Of a stretch of DNA of 64,000 nt, positions 30,401 through 37,996 are shown piece after piece (positions within the stretch are counted from its first letter, which is position 1; each line of letters begins with the position of its first letter). Origin of the DNA: an uncultured Gammaproteobacteria bacterium (GTDB taxonomy: Bacteria > Patescibacteriota > Patescibacteriia > Veblenbacterales > UBA10138); contig CAYVOI010000001.1 in assembly GCA_964453605.1 (NCBI GenBank), positions 804,095-868,094 of the forward strand. The letters are read 5' to 3'. A program made the translations under genes and the position numbers. Below the pieces are notes generated by a model. That model searched no databases and had not been told where the DNA came from. It saw nothing but the letters and a program-made list of their open reading frames with translations.

Positions 30401-32049
30401 CACGGGAACTCTGCGTCGGTTGGGCCTCCAGAGTTGATGAGCTTCACCTTGGCCAGCCCAGTGTGGGTGCCAAACAGCGCGCCGTCCAAAGTTACAAACT
30501 GCCCTGGACCCCCATTGCCTGGACCCAAGCCCCTGAGGTACGGGCTCAGGGTATCGACATAGCCTGGGTTGCTGTAGTTGGCACCCACTTGTACTAGCAC
30601 CTGGGTGTTGGGGGGGACAAAGTAGCGAGACAACGGCACGCCGGCGGGAATGTTCACCTTGATCTGTTCAGGGGTAGGGTTCAACGAATTCAATTGGCCG
30701 CTACAGGCAGTTACGCCATCAAGCGTTTTTCCATTCCAACACAAAACATTAGGGTTACCACTAAGGCTGTTGCTGTCAGCGTCTAAACCATTGAACACCC
30801 CTTCACCAGTCGAGGCAAAGTTTTGGCCAGTGATGGTTATCCGATTACCATAGTAGCCAGAAGCTGGCGTTATGTTGCTAATCTCCGGCGTGCAGTACTC
30901 CGTGTCGCCAGTGGTAAAGGTCCAACTGGTCGCCGCCAACGCGTTGTTACAGGCATCGGTAATGCCGCTTGAGAGCTTGACGGTGTAGGTTTGGTTTTGC
31001 TGGAGCGGTGCTTGCGGGTACACGGTGAATGAATTGAAATTGCTCCCGGGCACTATCTGCCCCAAGGCCACGGGGTTGCCAGCGGCGTCAAACAGCTTTA
31101 TGTTGGCTGGAGTAAGGGTAGTTATGTTCATCTCAGCGGAGAAGGTGGCTTGAATAGCAGTGCGGAGGCAAGCGTTGGCACCCGTGGGCCACTGGCTTGT
31201 TACTGTTGGCGCGCTGGTAGAGGTTTGGCTACCAGTGGTAAAGCTCCACACCTTGTCTGAGCTCAGCACAGCAGCTGTAGCTGGGGGTGTTGGTATGTTC
31301 GTAACCCCACTCGAACCACTCACAATGGTGGCTTGGTAGGTAGTGTTTTTGTTAAAGTCCGGGTGTTGCAGGGAGAAGCCTGGGCCTACGGTGGCGCTAC
31401 CAAAATTGGTAAAGGTAACTGTGGCGTTGGTAGTGGTGTTCTTCACTACCACGGTGGAGCTGTTAACGCTCGCTGGGTCCACGTTCTGGTTGAAGAGCGC
31501 CTGCACATTAGCACACAGCATGACGTTGCTAGCATTGTCGCTTGGGTCAACCGCCTGAACCGTAAACCCAATGTTCCCTCCCCCCGGCAAACAGCCTGGC
31601 CCCGTACAACCTCCGCCAGGCCCGCCCCCACCACTCGTCGTACCAGTAGCGCTCGAGAGTAAACTGAAAATGAATGCCGCAATACCGTAGGCCGCGAAAA
31701 TAATCGCCAGACCAATAACACCTGCGCCCATCATGCGCTTGGCCCTCGCAATTTGCTCCTCGTTACCCCGGCTGGTCATCCAGATGTAGCCAGCGTAAAC
31801 AATAATGGCAATGGCGATAACACCTAAGAAGCCAAGGATGATGTTAATAACCTTGGCCACCGTCTGCACAATGGGTATGTTGGTGCCCAGGTTAGTTGCA
31901 CCACCAAAATTAGTAAAGCCGAAGTTAGCCTCACCACTAAAACCAGCCGAGAGTACTGGCCTCAAAGCCAACACCAAAAGCACCAGGGCGGCCGAAGTCA
32001 CCAACACCCTCTGGTGACTCTTGAACCACTGCCTGGCACTCTGGAACAT
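21466..32049 (-). CDS. Giant surface protein (3527 aa). N-terminal signal plus a two-helix hydrophobic hairpin, then about 25 repeats of a C-x-C Ig-like module (divergent InlB B-repeat type).
   Basis: Uninterrupted 10.6-kb ORF. N-terminus has TM helices flanking a charged loop RGNEEQIARAKRMM. Modules such as GSVFSGWTGACTGSSSSCTVTVTAITNVAATF, FTGWSSPDPGFSCPGVGTCPVTMDQARSVTASF and FAGFSGGGCSTSPCTTTISGATTVTATF repeat throughout. Confidence 0.85.
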   Translation of the reverse strand: MFQSARQWFKSHQRVLVTSAALVLLVLALRPVLSAGFSGEANFGFTNFGGATNLGTNIPIVQTVAKVINIILGFLGVIAIAIIVYAGYIWMTSRGNEEQIARAKRMMGAGVIGLAIIFAAYGIAAFIFSLLSSATGTTSGGGGPGGGCTGPGCLPGGGNIGFTVQAVDPSDNASNVMLCANVQALFNQNVDPASVNSSTVVVKNTTTNATVTFTNFGSATVGPGFSLQHPDFNKNTTYQATIVSGSSGVTNIPTPPATAAVLSSDKVWSFTTGSQTSTSAPTVTSQWPTGANACLRTAIQATFSAEMNITTLTPANIKLFDAAGNPVALGQIVPGSNFNSFTVYPQAPLQQNQTYTVKLSSGITDACNNALAATSWTFTTGDTEYCTPEISNITPASGYYGNRITITGQNFASTGEGVFNGLDADSNSLSGNPNVLCWNGKTLDGVTACSGQLNSLNPTPEQIKVNIPAGVPLSRYFVPPNTQVLVQVGANYSNPGYVDTLSPYLRGLGPGNGGPGQFVTLDGALFGTHTGLAKVKLINSGGPTDAEFPCATSWGSSQIVIRIPTTLPQGSYKVQVVDASGNKSNTQTFIVDNSPVGPGLCSIGPVMCKAMSGSTPNMTLTGVRFGNTSPVPNSVVVGSRTLSPSGPWSDVSISGFVIDSSFGNGAYPISVQLPNLPASNPLYFNVPCQPAPSVVQDLACSTNLQSPSPPAYDPANPATACTNALIMARFDRAMDQSTISSSSVHVLQCGPGSNQTTCNAPTTNVAGTFSFPANSGFTFTPASLASSQWFQVTIDGTVKSAPPASEPMGFPYTWHFQTGGGVCNLSSVQLSPGSTQPAYIRTPTDTVDYQAFPQANNCNALNPASYSWSWTKSGTNNSYAVINPAPTAPADTSKKQVAANTFPDPSPPITIKAAAAGFSDTNSLYLSDTACSSTPDCTQAGLCTGSVCSLGTCTPVIKSIGPTTGAIGTWVGIDGCYFGNSQGTVLYTHSGTPPVPGTWPNPALCSAPTWTNTHILSEVPDTSTASTADDATNGPLWVKRTDGVQSNASALYTVNSAIQPPGLCSATPSSVYQSDLTDPTKALVTLKGNQFGAAVGQVKYYNGSISPANQTAAVTPLAGSWADKQITATTPSSISVPTSLVTVVNSSNLESNTAPYSVQPGTPPGPVTLPKITGMTPVDGNATGDAATVVTITGQDFGGGGQVKFGGVVAPIADCGHWTDTEIVVVVPDGLTGTKTVEVVNGAGSSAANAASLHPTFTVTSTIRPGICSIAPTAGPANTTVVITGRHFTDNHTDVISNSFASLVCGGSSTPCVPSASLNENPSDGSVPPYVTYPNKFKLMGAGQVVNWSDKQITITTPNIPASVRTGPLRVTVNYGTIGSPDLQTSNGVTFSGEPFITSLTPSTGPAGTWVTVRGGNFGTCASLGSTSGAPCTVSFAGTLSAPLPLYCGHWTDTEIVVKAPAGSGDALVTVTTAAGLTTDVTHSQTFHYDSNLPLIPGLCKLTFAPPNNLSGPITNLPTTVTLYGDAFSSVPPDVSHKVVLANIDPAPVGTWSSTQVTVNANPTTRSGDVTLQRVATVQVGLKCSGIQLGSTCIGSWVPNYQTVPLVSNPLYLNVNTVGLVLPPAPLNFVSSVPAAGAANVCRNVELQLTFDQPLSAASVTATTVRLDMVNQPPPLTSLPIPVSVRVSASSPNVVLVSPNSPLLPLQNFTLTMVGGVSGLKTTSGGTMPSDAQLSFGTGSNICKLDHVSIMPASYTFSTAGQSQTFTASALAPDGSLLSGVTYTWSKNDPANVVGYTSSANQATVSAAARNGQATLKVTGDAGPTIGSARAEASLEVYLCELPWEFKDDDYHFRLRYCRAGTVAATGGNFVTSNDSFSSGLTGWTVQGGAGWQPAVTPSPPGPSTAGDTMSAAATHVATQADVANGQYTLTRQITGLTQHTSYVASALVYLPANSPIVGATMVMTSDTSCRTDFRYASTLSAPAVGWQKLQVAFDSGPRKDYTICLYANASAQPATLNPIYFDSVVLQATSGNVLPSLSVVGGGSGTGDVSREYFLTNDVNSDVLGLRIYRNQLLTLSPRQWYLSRPDIVKGSLSDTTVDGYAAGQDGSTLYVSATNFCHLSSGPGCRTGQPHTVGQPDDNFETDLYVFGYSLGAGPTTTALYQELASSWTFNTNVSTSKDEIQRDLRRLTDMSVVQARLDGYTAQHTNTVPQLTAGSFLAGRSVSRWSSWQQNLASDLGGSLPIDPVNTFNLPAPPAGPQCSASAGFDQSTCWNQSTKAFECPDGSHVYQYKAISSTNATLSFNAEFKNVTWWKGSGDAITIPPGDACESVVRTINYQYTNLSISTPSTFGVVASSEASPKISCGSTCLAQYTPGSRVTLTATPQPGSRFLSWGGACASAASSATCPLTLSGSTVSVSATFAQISYSLNVKVVGAGTVTANGSPCTSSSPCTQSYVSGSSVTLHMSSTGGQVFSGWSSSLCSGLGDCTFTMPAANQQVTASFVPQYALNVTATIAAGASATVTSSPAGISCGTAISPCSASFSSGTQVTLTANPGTGSVFSGWTGACTGSSSSCTVTVTAITNVAATFARPSYALTVQKGGVGSGTVTSDAAHPGITCGSSCAASYSGGTSVTLTARANTDSTFTGWSSPDPGFSCPGVGTCPVTMDQARSVTASFTAVTYTLTVNKVLNNGSQGTVTSNESTPKINCGSACTTATTTYIRGTTVVLGHYPKDSDISLYYFVGWVASPASAADCGGTGTCTVNITSNTTITATFALRSSLSVSTAMYGACDPVTGKCGAGTVTSNLPDTNPISCGVGGSHCDQAYEKSPTDIVKLTATPDADSLFVGWTVAGSPACSGTDPCSVTMNTADALGPPFVAGVRVTATFALKATLTVRKSGTGGGTVTGNQPTVLGNPYGEAINCGTSCTEAYPKSGSVVVTLTAAEDVDSVFTGWSLSACQPTPSTPPPHTCNVTMDSDTTVTATFALTHKVTVEKLVGTVDTTNHNVTSTPGGKSCPSGTNNCLWRFVAGSSVTLSPSAETVAGVSYVFDSWADPTCAAAGSQSCTFTASSDVVVQAKFKVAPSHALKVTKSGLGATSGHVASDPSHPGINCDPDCNAQYQDGTTLTLTATTTGVGSFAGWTGCTSSVGTQCTVTMGTTDATVTATFTAYQLTVQKTLNGGADGTVSSTDTKIDCGATCSATYNPGTVTLNAVASKGGFVSWSSTDPGFSCPSNGQCQVTLDASHTTNATLTVTATFTAVTLTLNRSSASTGTGTIDVNPPNANCSAAACTYTYPPGTSVSLTANPDPGSTFAGFSGGGCSTSPCTTTISGATTVTATFTSTPLYSLTVFLQGSGAATSTVTVNPSPGPYPAGSAVVLTANPGSGVTFAGFSGGGCSTSPCTITMNSNTTVTATFVQPAPPSVTTSPASSITTSGARLNGQGNPNGLATTAWFRWGAANVACTSLPNVTSPSANLGSGASSLPFSFTLNGLNSSATYRYCAVAQNSQGLSFGSVVSFTTAAVIPPGN

Positions 32050-32060
32050 AACGTTTTGTT

Positions 32061-32513
32061 TTAGGTGTTTAAGACTTGTTTGACGGCAGCACTTACTGTT
32101 CCACCATCGGCAGCGCCAGCGTAGTGCGCCAGTACTGCTTTGGTGAGCTGGCCCATGCCTTTCACGTCGGTAATGCCAAGCTCAGCTTGAAACTTTTTCA
32201 CCGTCGCGAGCACATCGTCGGGGCTCGGCGCTTGGGGCAGGTAACGTGCTACCACTTCAGCCTCAGCCTGCTCTTGGGCAGCGAGCTCAGCGCGGCCTCC
32301 CTGCGCATAGAGCTTCATGGCCTCCTGCCGCTTCTTAAGCTCGCGCCGGAACACGACCAGCACATCTGGCTCGCTGAGCTCTCCCTTAGGCCCTTTGGCT
32401 ATGGCCTCGTTACCAAGGGCAGACTTTATTAGCCTCAGCACGCCAAGTTCCGTGCTACGAGCACGCTGGGCGGCCGCAATGTCAGCCTCGAGGCGCTGCT
32501 CAAGTTTGGTCAT
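32061..32513 (-). CDS. GatB/YqeY-domain protein.
   Basis: 150 aa all-helical protein with a YqeY-like C-terminal block (ELGITDVKGMGQLTKAVL). Conserved rpsU-yqeY neighbourhood. Confidence 0.8.
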   Translation of the reverse strand: MTKLEQRLEADIAAAQRARSTELGVLRLIKSALGNEAIAKGPKGELSEPDVLVVFRRELKKRQEAMKLYAQGGRAELAAQEQAEAEVVARYLPQAPSPDDVLATVKKFQAELGITDVKGMGQLTKAVLAHYAGAADGGTVSAAVKQVLNT

Positions 32514-32535
32514 GGGTCCTCCTTACACGCCACGC

Positions 32536-32811
32536 CTAGCGCAGAGCGCGCTTGATCATGGCTATAACTTTAGGGTTGCGGCTGCGTAAATCTTCTTCTT
32601 CTACGAGCCCGGTTTTCCTAAGGTACTCTTTACGGTTCCGAATAGTCATGCGGCGCAGGGCATCCACGCGCTGCTCACGCTTGGTTTTGGCACCCTCGTA
32701 GAACCGCCGCTTCTTGGTTTGCAAAATCAAACCCGACTGCTGCACGCGTTTGGAGAACCGCCGCAGCATGCTTTCTACCGATTCGCCGTCTTTCCGTTTC
32801 ACTTCTATCAC
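32536..32811 (-). CDS. rpsU: 30S ribosomal protein S21 (with a C-terminal basic extension).
   Basis: IEVKRKDGESVESMLRRFSKRVQQSGLILQTKKRRFYEG matches the S21 pattern V.V...E....ALRRFKR...G.L.E.RRR.FYEKP. Confidence 0.8.
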   Translation of the reverse strand: MIEVKRKDGESVESMLRRFSKRVQQSGLILQTKKRRFYEGAKTKREQRVDALRRMTIRNRKEYLRKTGLVEEEDLRSRNPKVIAMIKRALR

Positions 32812-32963
32812 GGGGAAACACCTTCCTTTCTAGTAAGATGATGCTAATACAAGCTCTTATATTATAGCTTATTTTTACCCTCTCGTCAACTACAGAATAT
32901 CTTAACTCTACTTAAAGGAAAGCCACTCTCCGGCGAGAGTGGCTAGCTACCTAAAGCACTGCA

Positions 32964-34325
32964 CTAGCCCACCGTAGTCACGCTCTGAGCTTGAGCTTCG
33001 AGCCGTTTCTTAATTTCGTCCACCACCTTCTTAAAATCGACAATCTCCTGAATGCCGTTCTCCATGTCGCGCACGATGACCGTGCCGTCCATAAGCTCTT
33101 TCTGCCCGAGGACTAGGGCAAACTTTACCTTAAGGCGGTTAGCTATCTCGAGCTGGCTCTTTAACCCCTCTTTGGTAAAGCTCTCGGCCACCCTGACCCC
33201 TTGCCGCCGCAAATCCTCAAACAGCTTAAACGCTTTCTTGCGTGAAGCCTCGCCTAAAGAAGCTAAGAACACATCGGGTACAGCCGACGGTGGTACTGGT
33301 ACTCCCTTAGCCTTCAGTTCCCCAATGATGCGCTCAAGGCCAGAGCCAAAACCAACCGCCGGCGTTGGCTGGCCGCCCAAGTCCGCAATCAAGTTGTCGT
33401 AGCGGCCACCGCCGCCCAAGGCCGAGCGTTCACCCTCTTGCCCCCACAGTTCAAAGACGGTGCGGGTGTAGTAGTCTAACCCGCGGACCAGGTAGGGGTT
33501 CAGCTGGTAGGCCAGCCCCACTTCGTCCAGGTGCTCTAGCAGCCGCACAAAGTGTTGCCGACAAGCATCGTCTAAAAAGTCCACCATCTGCGGCGCTTGG
33601 CGCGCGAGCTCGCGGTCGGCCTCTACCTTGCAGTCCAGAATGCGCAGGGGGTTTTTGGTCAGGCGGCGTTTGCAATCTTCGCAGAGCACCGAGCGCTTGG
33701 TCTTGTAGTACTCAACCAGGGCCTGCTTGTAGGCCGGGCGGCAAACCGGGCAACCCACGCTATTAATCTGCACGGTCACGGGCAGCCCCAGGCTCTCGAA
33801 CAGGGCCGAGGCCAGCACGATGAGCTGGGCGTCGGCAATGGCTGAAGCCTCACCCAAAATTTCAAAATCGAGCTGCCAGTGCTGGCGAAAGCGGCCCGCC
33901 TGCGGACGCTCGTGCCGGAACAATGGTCCCACCGTAAAGAGTTTCACCGGCTGCGGCAAGCTGAGCATACCGTGTTCAATGTAGGCCCGAGCAATGCCGG
34001 CCGTGTGCTCGGGTCGTAAGCTCAGGTGGTCGTCTGACTGGTCGACGAAGGAGTACATTTCCTTTTCTACGATGTCGGTAGTGGCACCAATAGCGCGGGT
34101 GAAGAGGTTGGTTTTTTCCAAAATTGGCGTGTCAATGCGCTGAAAGCTGTAGGCAGCCGCGTACTCCTGCACCTTCGCTAACACAAAGCTCCACCAGGGA
34201 GCGTCCGGTGGCAGCACGTCGTGCATGCCACGAACGAGCTGGGGTGGCACAACTTTTTTCACCTTAGCAGCAGGCAGACTCTCAGCCACCGCGGCTTTGT
34301 CTTTTTCTTTGTCAGTGGTTGCCAT
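32964..34325 (-). CDS. hisS: Histidyl-tRNA synthetase (class II).
   Basis: HisRS N-terminal motif VRGMHDVLP. Class II motifs 2/3 context (FRHERPQAGRFRQHWQ, GGGRYDNL). Anticodon-binding C-terminal domain. Confidence 0.92.
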   Translation of the reverse strand: MATTDKEKDKAAVAESLPAAKVKKVVPPQLVRGMHDVLPPDAPWWSFVLAKVQEYAAAYSFQRIDTPILEKTNLFTRAIGATTDIVEKEMYSFVDQSDDHLSLRPEHTAGIARAYIEHGMLSLPQPVKLFTVGPLFRHERPQAGRFRQHWQLDFEILGEASAIADAQLIVLASALFESLGLPVTVQINSVGCPVCRPAYKQALVEYYKTKRSVLCEDCKRRLTKNPLRILDCKVEADRELARQAPQMVDFLDDACRQHFVRLLEHLDEVGLAYQLNPYLVRGLDYYTRTVFELWGQEGERSALGGGGRYDNLIADLGGQPTPAVGFGSGLERIIGELKAKGVPVPPSAVPDVFLASLGEASRKKAFKLFEDLRRQGVRVAESFTKEGLKSQLEIANRLKVKFALVLGQKELMDGTVIVRDMENGIQEIVDFKKVVDEIKKRLEAQAQSVTTVG

Positions 34326-34329
34326 AGGC

Positions 34330-34905
34330 TTACGGGGTCACCTGCTCACGGTGGTAGACGGTAAAACGGTCAAACGGCCAGCCGCGCACCCAGATGCGGC
34401 CGATGAGTTCATTAGCACTCACTGCACCAAAGCTCCGCGAGTCTAAACTGGCGGAACGGTTGTCGCCCATGACGTAGTACTGACCGGGCAGCAAAACAAT
34501 GTCATCGTTGTTCGGTGACTCAGGCTGTGTTCTAATAGTGTCGGCTAGGTAGGGTTCAGTTACCTTTTTGAGTTCACGGCCGCCCTCACCCACCCACACC
34601 GCGCCATCGCGAATAACCACCCTATCCCCTGGCAGCCCGATAACACGCTTAATAAAGTACTGCCGAGGGTCCCTGGGGTAGCGGAAGACTACCACTTCGC
34701 CACGTGCTGGCTCACGGAAACGGTAGGACAGCTCGTCGATCAAGAGGTAGTCGTGGTCGACGAAGTTGGGCTCCATGGAAGCGCCCTTGACGTAGAACGG
34801 CTGCACCAAGAAGTAACGAATGGGGAGGATGATGGCCAAACTGAGCACCGCTACCTTAATAACCTCCCACAAAAATTCGAGGAATGCTTTTAAGTACCTG
34901 AGCAT
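34330..34905 (-). CDS. lepB: Signal peptidase I (S26 family).
   Basis: N-terminal TM. Catalytic Ser box VKGASMEPNF and Lys box GLPGDRV. C-terminal box YYVMGDNRSASLDSR. Confidence 0.9.
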   Translation of the reverse strand: MLRYLKAFLEFLWEVIKVAVLSLAIILPIRYFLVQPFYVKGASMEPNFVDHDYLLIDELSYRFREPARGEVVVFRYPRDPRQYFIKRVIGLPGDRVVIRDGAVWVGEGGRELKKVTEPYLADTIRTQPESPNNDDIVLLPGQYYVMGDNRSASLDSRSFGAVSANELIGRIWVRGWPFDRFTVYHREQVTP

Positions 34906-34938
34906 GGTTGATAGATAAGTCTAAGAGCTGTAAAACAG

Positions 34939-35010
34939 TGGTGGATGATGCTGGATTCGAACCCTGAAGTACAGGCTTCGCTTGACTTCAGGGCCAGCCA
35001 GCAACCAAAC
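34939..35010 (-). other. tRNA-like fragment or decayed tRNA. It ends in ...CATCATCCACCA and has a GGTTCGAATCC T-loop, but the T-stem and acceptor stem cannot be paired.
   Basis: Plus strand tggtggatgatgctggattcgaaccctgaagt...acttcaggg contains a perfect 9-bp hairpin. Manual cloverleaf folding failed: T-stem pairs 2 of 5 and no acceptor partner was found. Confidence 0.25.
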
Positions 35011-35016
35011 ACGGTC

Positions 35017-35091
35017 TGGTGGACGGTATAGGATTTGAACCTATGACCCCTGCAATGTGAATGCAGTGCTCTACCGCTGAGCTAACCGTCC
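35017..35091 (-). tRNA. tRNA-Val (anticodon CAC), with CCA encoded.
   Basis: Manually folded GGACGGT-TA-GCTC-AGCGGTA-GAGC-A-CTGCA-TTCACAT-TGCAG-GGGTC-ATAGG-TTCAAAT-CCTAT-ACCGTCC-A-CCA. All stems are Watson-Crick. Confidence 0.85.
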
Positions 35092-35301
35092 AAGTGAAGG
35101 TCTCTAGCTTTAGTGCTCCTCATACCCCGTTATGAAGAAGCGGAGCGGGTTCTGCTAGGGGGTAACCAGCTGCGCGCCCCGTAGAGTTCCGCGTCAGCGG
35201 AAGTTCTTCGGGGAGCTAATCATCCCTAAAACTACTAAACCTTTATAAAAGAGGCTCGCACGGAGCCGATTTTAGGCTTCATTGACAGGGAAACAGAGCG
35301 A

Positions 35302-36684
35302 ATGCTACCATCTTTTATACCGGCTGTAAAGTCCGCTATGCCACTGCCCAATCCTGACCTCATTCTATCGCCCTCCGGAGCACAGGCCGCCAGGGGTAAA
35401 TTTTTTTTCTACGCCCTGGTAATCCTAGTGGCCGTAGTCTTTGTGTGGCTCGGGCGCCAGCCCCACGTGCAGGCTACCATTCTCGACTGGCCCAACCACA
35501 GCTTGTGGGAGAACGTCAAGCGCCTGGTGGGGGGGTCGGACAAAAAACTCCAGGGCGAAGACGAAGACCGCATAAACTTCTTGCTCTTGGGGCAAGGCGG
35601 CGCACTCCACGACGGGCCGTACCTCACCGACACTATCATCCTAGCCTCCCTGAAACCGAGCACCAACCAGGTGGCACTGCTCTCTATTCCCCGCGACCTG
35701 TCAGTGGAGGTGCCCGGCCACGGTTTCCGTAAGATAAACAGCGTCAACGCCTTTGGCGAGGAGGCCGGCCCAGGCAAAGGCGCCGAGCTGGCTACGCAGG
35801 TGGTGGGGAAAATTTTTAACTTGCCGATACACTACTACGTGCGCCTGGAGTTCAATGGTTTTAGCAAGCTCATCGACCAGGTAGGCGGCGTGGGGGTAAA
35901 CGTTCAACATGGGTTTACCGACCCAGAGTACCCTGACAACGATGACGGCTACCAAACTGTGACGTTCAACCCTGGCTGGCAGACTATGAATGGCGAACGG
36001 GCCTTAGAGTACGTTCGCTCGCGCCATGGCTCAAACGGTGAAGGCTCAGACTTTGCCCGTTCGAAACGGCAGGAACAGGTGCTCCTAGCGCTCAAAGAAA
36101 AACTACTCTCACCTTCTACCTTCCTCAACCCCGCGCTCGTTATTAAGCTCTACCGCACGGTGAGCGAGAGCCTCACCACCAACCTAGCGGCCGACGAAGC
36201 GGTACAGCTCGCTCACCTGGCCCGCAAGGTGAGTCAGGAAAACATCACGAGCCGGGTACTGGACGCTAACCCCGGCGGCCTACTCCACGAGACTACCGGA
36301 GTGGATAATGCCTACCTCCTACTCCCGAACGCCGGCGACTACAGCGAGCTCCGGGCGCTGGCGCAGAACCTGTTTGAGATAAACCGGGTGGAGGCCGAGG
36401 GTGCTAAGGTAGAGCTCCAAAACGGCACACCAACCACGGGCCTGGGGGAAGCCACGGCCCTCTCACTCAAGGCCCAGGGGTTTAACGTGGTAAACGTCAG
36501 CAACGCCGCCCACCAAGATTTCCCCCACACCCTACTCTACGACTACACGGGCGGCGGTAAAACCTTAACCCGGGGAGTGCTAGAATCACTCTTCCACACC
36601 CAGGCGGTGAGCCTGGAGCGCGGGTCGAGTGAGCCTGATTTTCGCATTATCTTAGGCGCTGACTACGTCAAACCTAAAACCTGA
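35302..36684 (+). CDS. LytR-CpsA-Psr (LCP) family cell-envelope phosphotransferase with a C-terminal LytR_C-like domain.
   Basis: N-terminal TM. LCP core LLLGQGGALHDGPYLTDTIILASL...ALLSIPRDL...G..KIN. Confidence 0.85.
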   Translation: MLPSFIPAVKSAMPLPNPDLILSPSGAQAARGKFFFYALVILVAVVFVWLGRQPHVQATILDWPNHSLWENVKRLVGGSDKKLQGEDEDRINFLLLGQGGALHDGPYLTDTIILASLKPSTNQVALLSIPRDLSVEVPGHGFRKINSVNAFGEEAGPGKGAELATQVVGKIFNLPIHYYVRLEFNGFSKLIDQVGGVGVNVQHGFTDPEYPDNDDGYQTVTFNPGWQTMNGERALEYVRSRHGSNGEGSDFARSKRQEQVLLALKEKLLSPSTFLNPALVIKLYRTVSESLTTNLAADEAVQLAHLARKVSQENITSRVLDANPGGLLHETTGVDNAYLLLPNAGDYSELRALAQNLFEINRVEAEGAKVELQNGTPTTGLGEATALSLKAQGFNVVNVSNAAHQDFPHTLLYDYTGGGKTLTRGVLESLFHTQAVSLERGSSEPDFRIILGADYVKPKT

Positions 36685-36687
36685 CCT

Positions 36688-37974
36688 ATGACCCCACGTT
36701 TCGTGGTGCTGGCGGGGAGAACTAACGTTGGTAAATCGACGCTCTTTAACCGACTACTAGGCAGACCGCGGGCGATTGTATCAACTGAGGCTGGTACCAC
36801 CCGCGACCGTAACCAAGGGTTAGTCGACTGGCAGGGCAAACAGTTCTGGCTCATGGATACGCCCGGTTTTGACGTACCCAAAACAGACGCTACAGCTCGC
36901 GCCAGCTTAGAGCAAATGGAGCGGGCACTCAGGGAGGCACAGGTGGTCTTGTTCGTGGTCGACGGCCAGGTCGGCATTACCCCGGCTGAACGCAGCTTTA
37001 TCAAACGGGTACGGCAGTGGGCACCGCATGCCCTACTGGTAGTGAACAAACTCGACAGCCAGTTCAAACGTGCCCGCGCCGAAGACATTTCCCTAGGCTT
37101 TAAAGATACGGTGCTGGTCTCAGCCAAAACAGGTTCGGGCCTCGGGGATCTGCTGGACTTGATGATGCCCTACCTCGAGGGCGAGAGCGTACCCACACCA
37201 GAGCTCAGGCTAGCCTTCTTAGGACAAACCAATGTCGGGAAGTCATCACTCTTCAACCGCCTGCTTGGTAGCGAACGCAGTATTGTGCTCGCCACCCCCC
37301 ACACCACTCGTGACAAGCTACACGGTTTCCTAGAAACAGGCGGGGTAGCTATCGAAATCGTGGACACGGCCGGTATACGCCGGCAGCTCATTAAGAGCCC
37401 TCGGCTAGAACAACAGAGCGTAGCCCAGAGCCTACAAGCACTTAAGGAAACCAACGTGGCCGCGCTAGTAGTTGACGCTAGCCAAACCCCAAGCTGGCAA
37501 GACCAGCGCCTAGGCAGCTTAGTAGCTGAGGCTGGCATTGCAGCCCTGGTGCTCATGAACAAAGCTGACCTCGTGCCATTCGATGAGCGCAAAGCGGCGC
37601 TCGCGCGCATCCGCCGGGCGTTGCCCATGCTCCCCTTTGCCAGAAACCTCTGGGTGTCAGCCAAAACTGGTGAAGGTGCAGAGGCTATTCTACCAGCTGG
37701 TCAGGACGCCCTACGTGCCTGGGGAACACAGCTTAGCCCCAGTGAGCTCGACCGGTTCTTTGGGTTCCTCAAACGTAACAAAGCCACACGGGACTTGCCT
37801 ATCAACGGCTTTACCCAAACCAGCGCTGAGCCTCCCCGTTTCGTACTGCACCTCAAAACCAAAGAGAACCTGCCCTCCGCCATGAAGGGCTGGATCGAGA
37901 ACAAGCTCCGTGAAACCTACCATCTCGAGGGTAGCCCGGTGACGGTACGGCTCAAGGGCTTACGTAAAGGCTAG
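36688..37974 (+). CDS. der: Ribosome-associated GTPase Der/EngA (two GTPase domains plus a KH-like domain).
   Basis: Two G1 motifs GRTNVGKSTLFNRL and GQTNVGKSSLFNRL. Two DTPG/DTAG G3 motifs. C-terminal KH-like domain. Confidence 0.92.
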   Translation: MTPRFVVLAGRTNVGKSTLFNRLLGRPRAIVSTEAGTTRDRNQGLVDWQGKQFWLMDTPGFDVPKTDATARASLEQMERALREAQVVLFVVDGQVGITPAERSFIKRVRQWAPHALLVVNKLDSQFKRARAEDISLGFKDTVLVSAKTGSGLGDLLDLMMPYLEGESVPTPELRLAFLGQTNVGKSSLFNRLLGSERSIVLATPHTTRDKLHGFLETGGVAIEIVDTAGIRRQLIKSPRLEQQSVAQSLQALKETNVAALVVDASQTPSWQDQRLGSLVAEAGIAALVLMNKADLVPFDERKAALARIRRALPMLPFARNLWVSAKTGEGAEAILPAGQDALRAWGTQLSPSELDRFFGFLKRNKATRDLPINGFTQTSAEPPRFVLHLKTKENLPSAMKGWIENKLRETYHLEGSPVTVRLKGLRKG

Positions 37975-37996
37975 GCTCAGGGTTACTATTATATAT

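Noticed and set aside
21563-31721. Dozens of plus-strand and short minus-strand ORFs inside the giant gene (for example 23306..23830, 30092..30562).
   Set aside because: They are all nested in the single uninterrupted 10.6-kb minus-strand ORF. Their products are compositionally biased with no motifs.
34939-35010. Second tRNA gene next to tRNA-Val.
   Set aside because: Manual cloverleaf folding failed (T-stem pairs 2 of 5, no acceptor complement). Reported only as a tRNA-like fragment.
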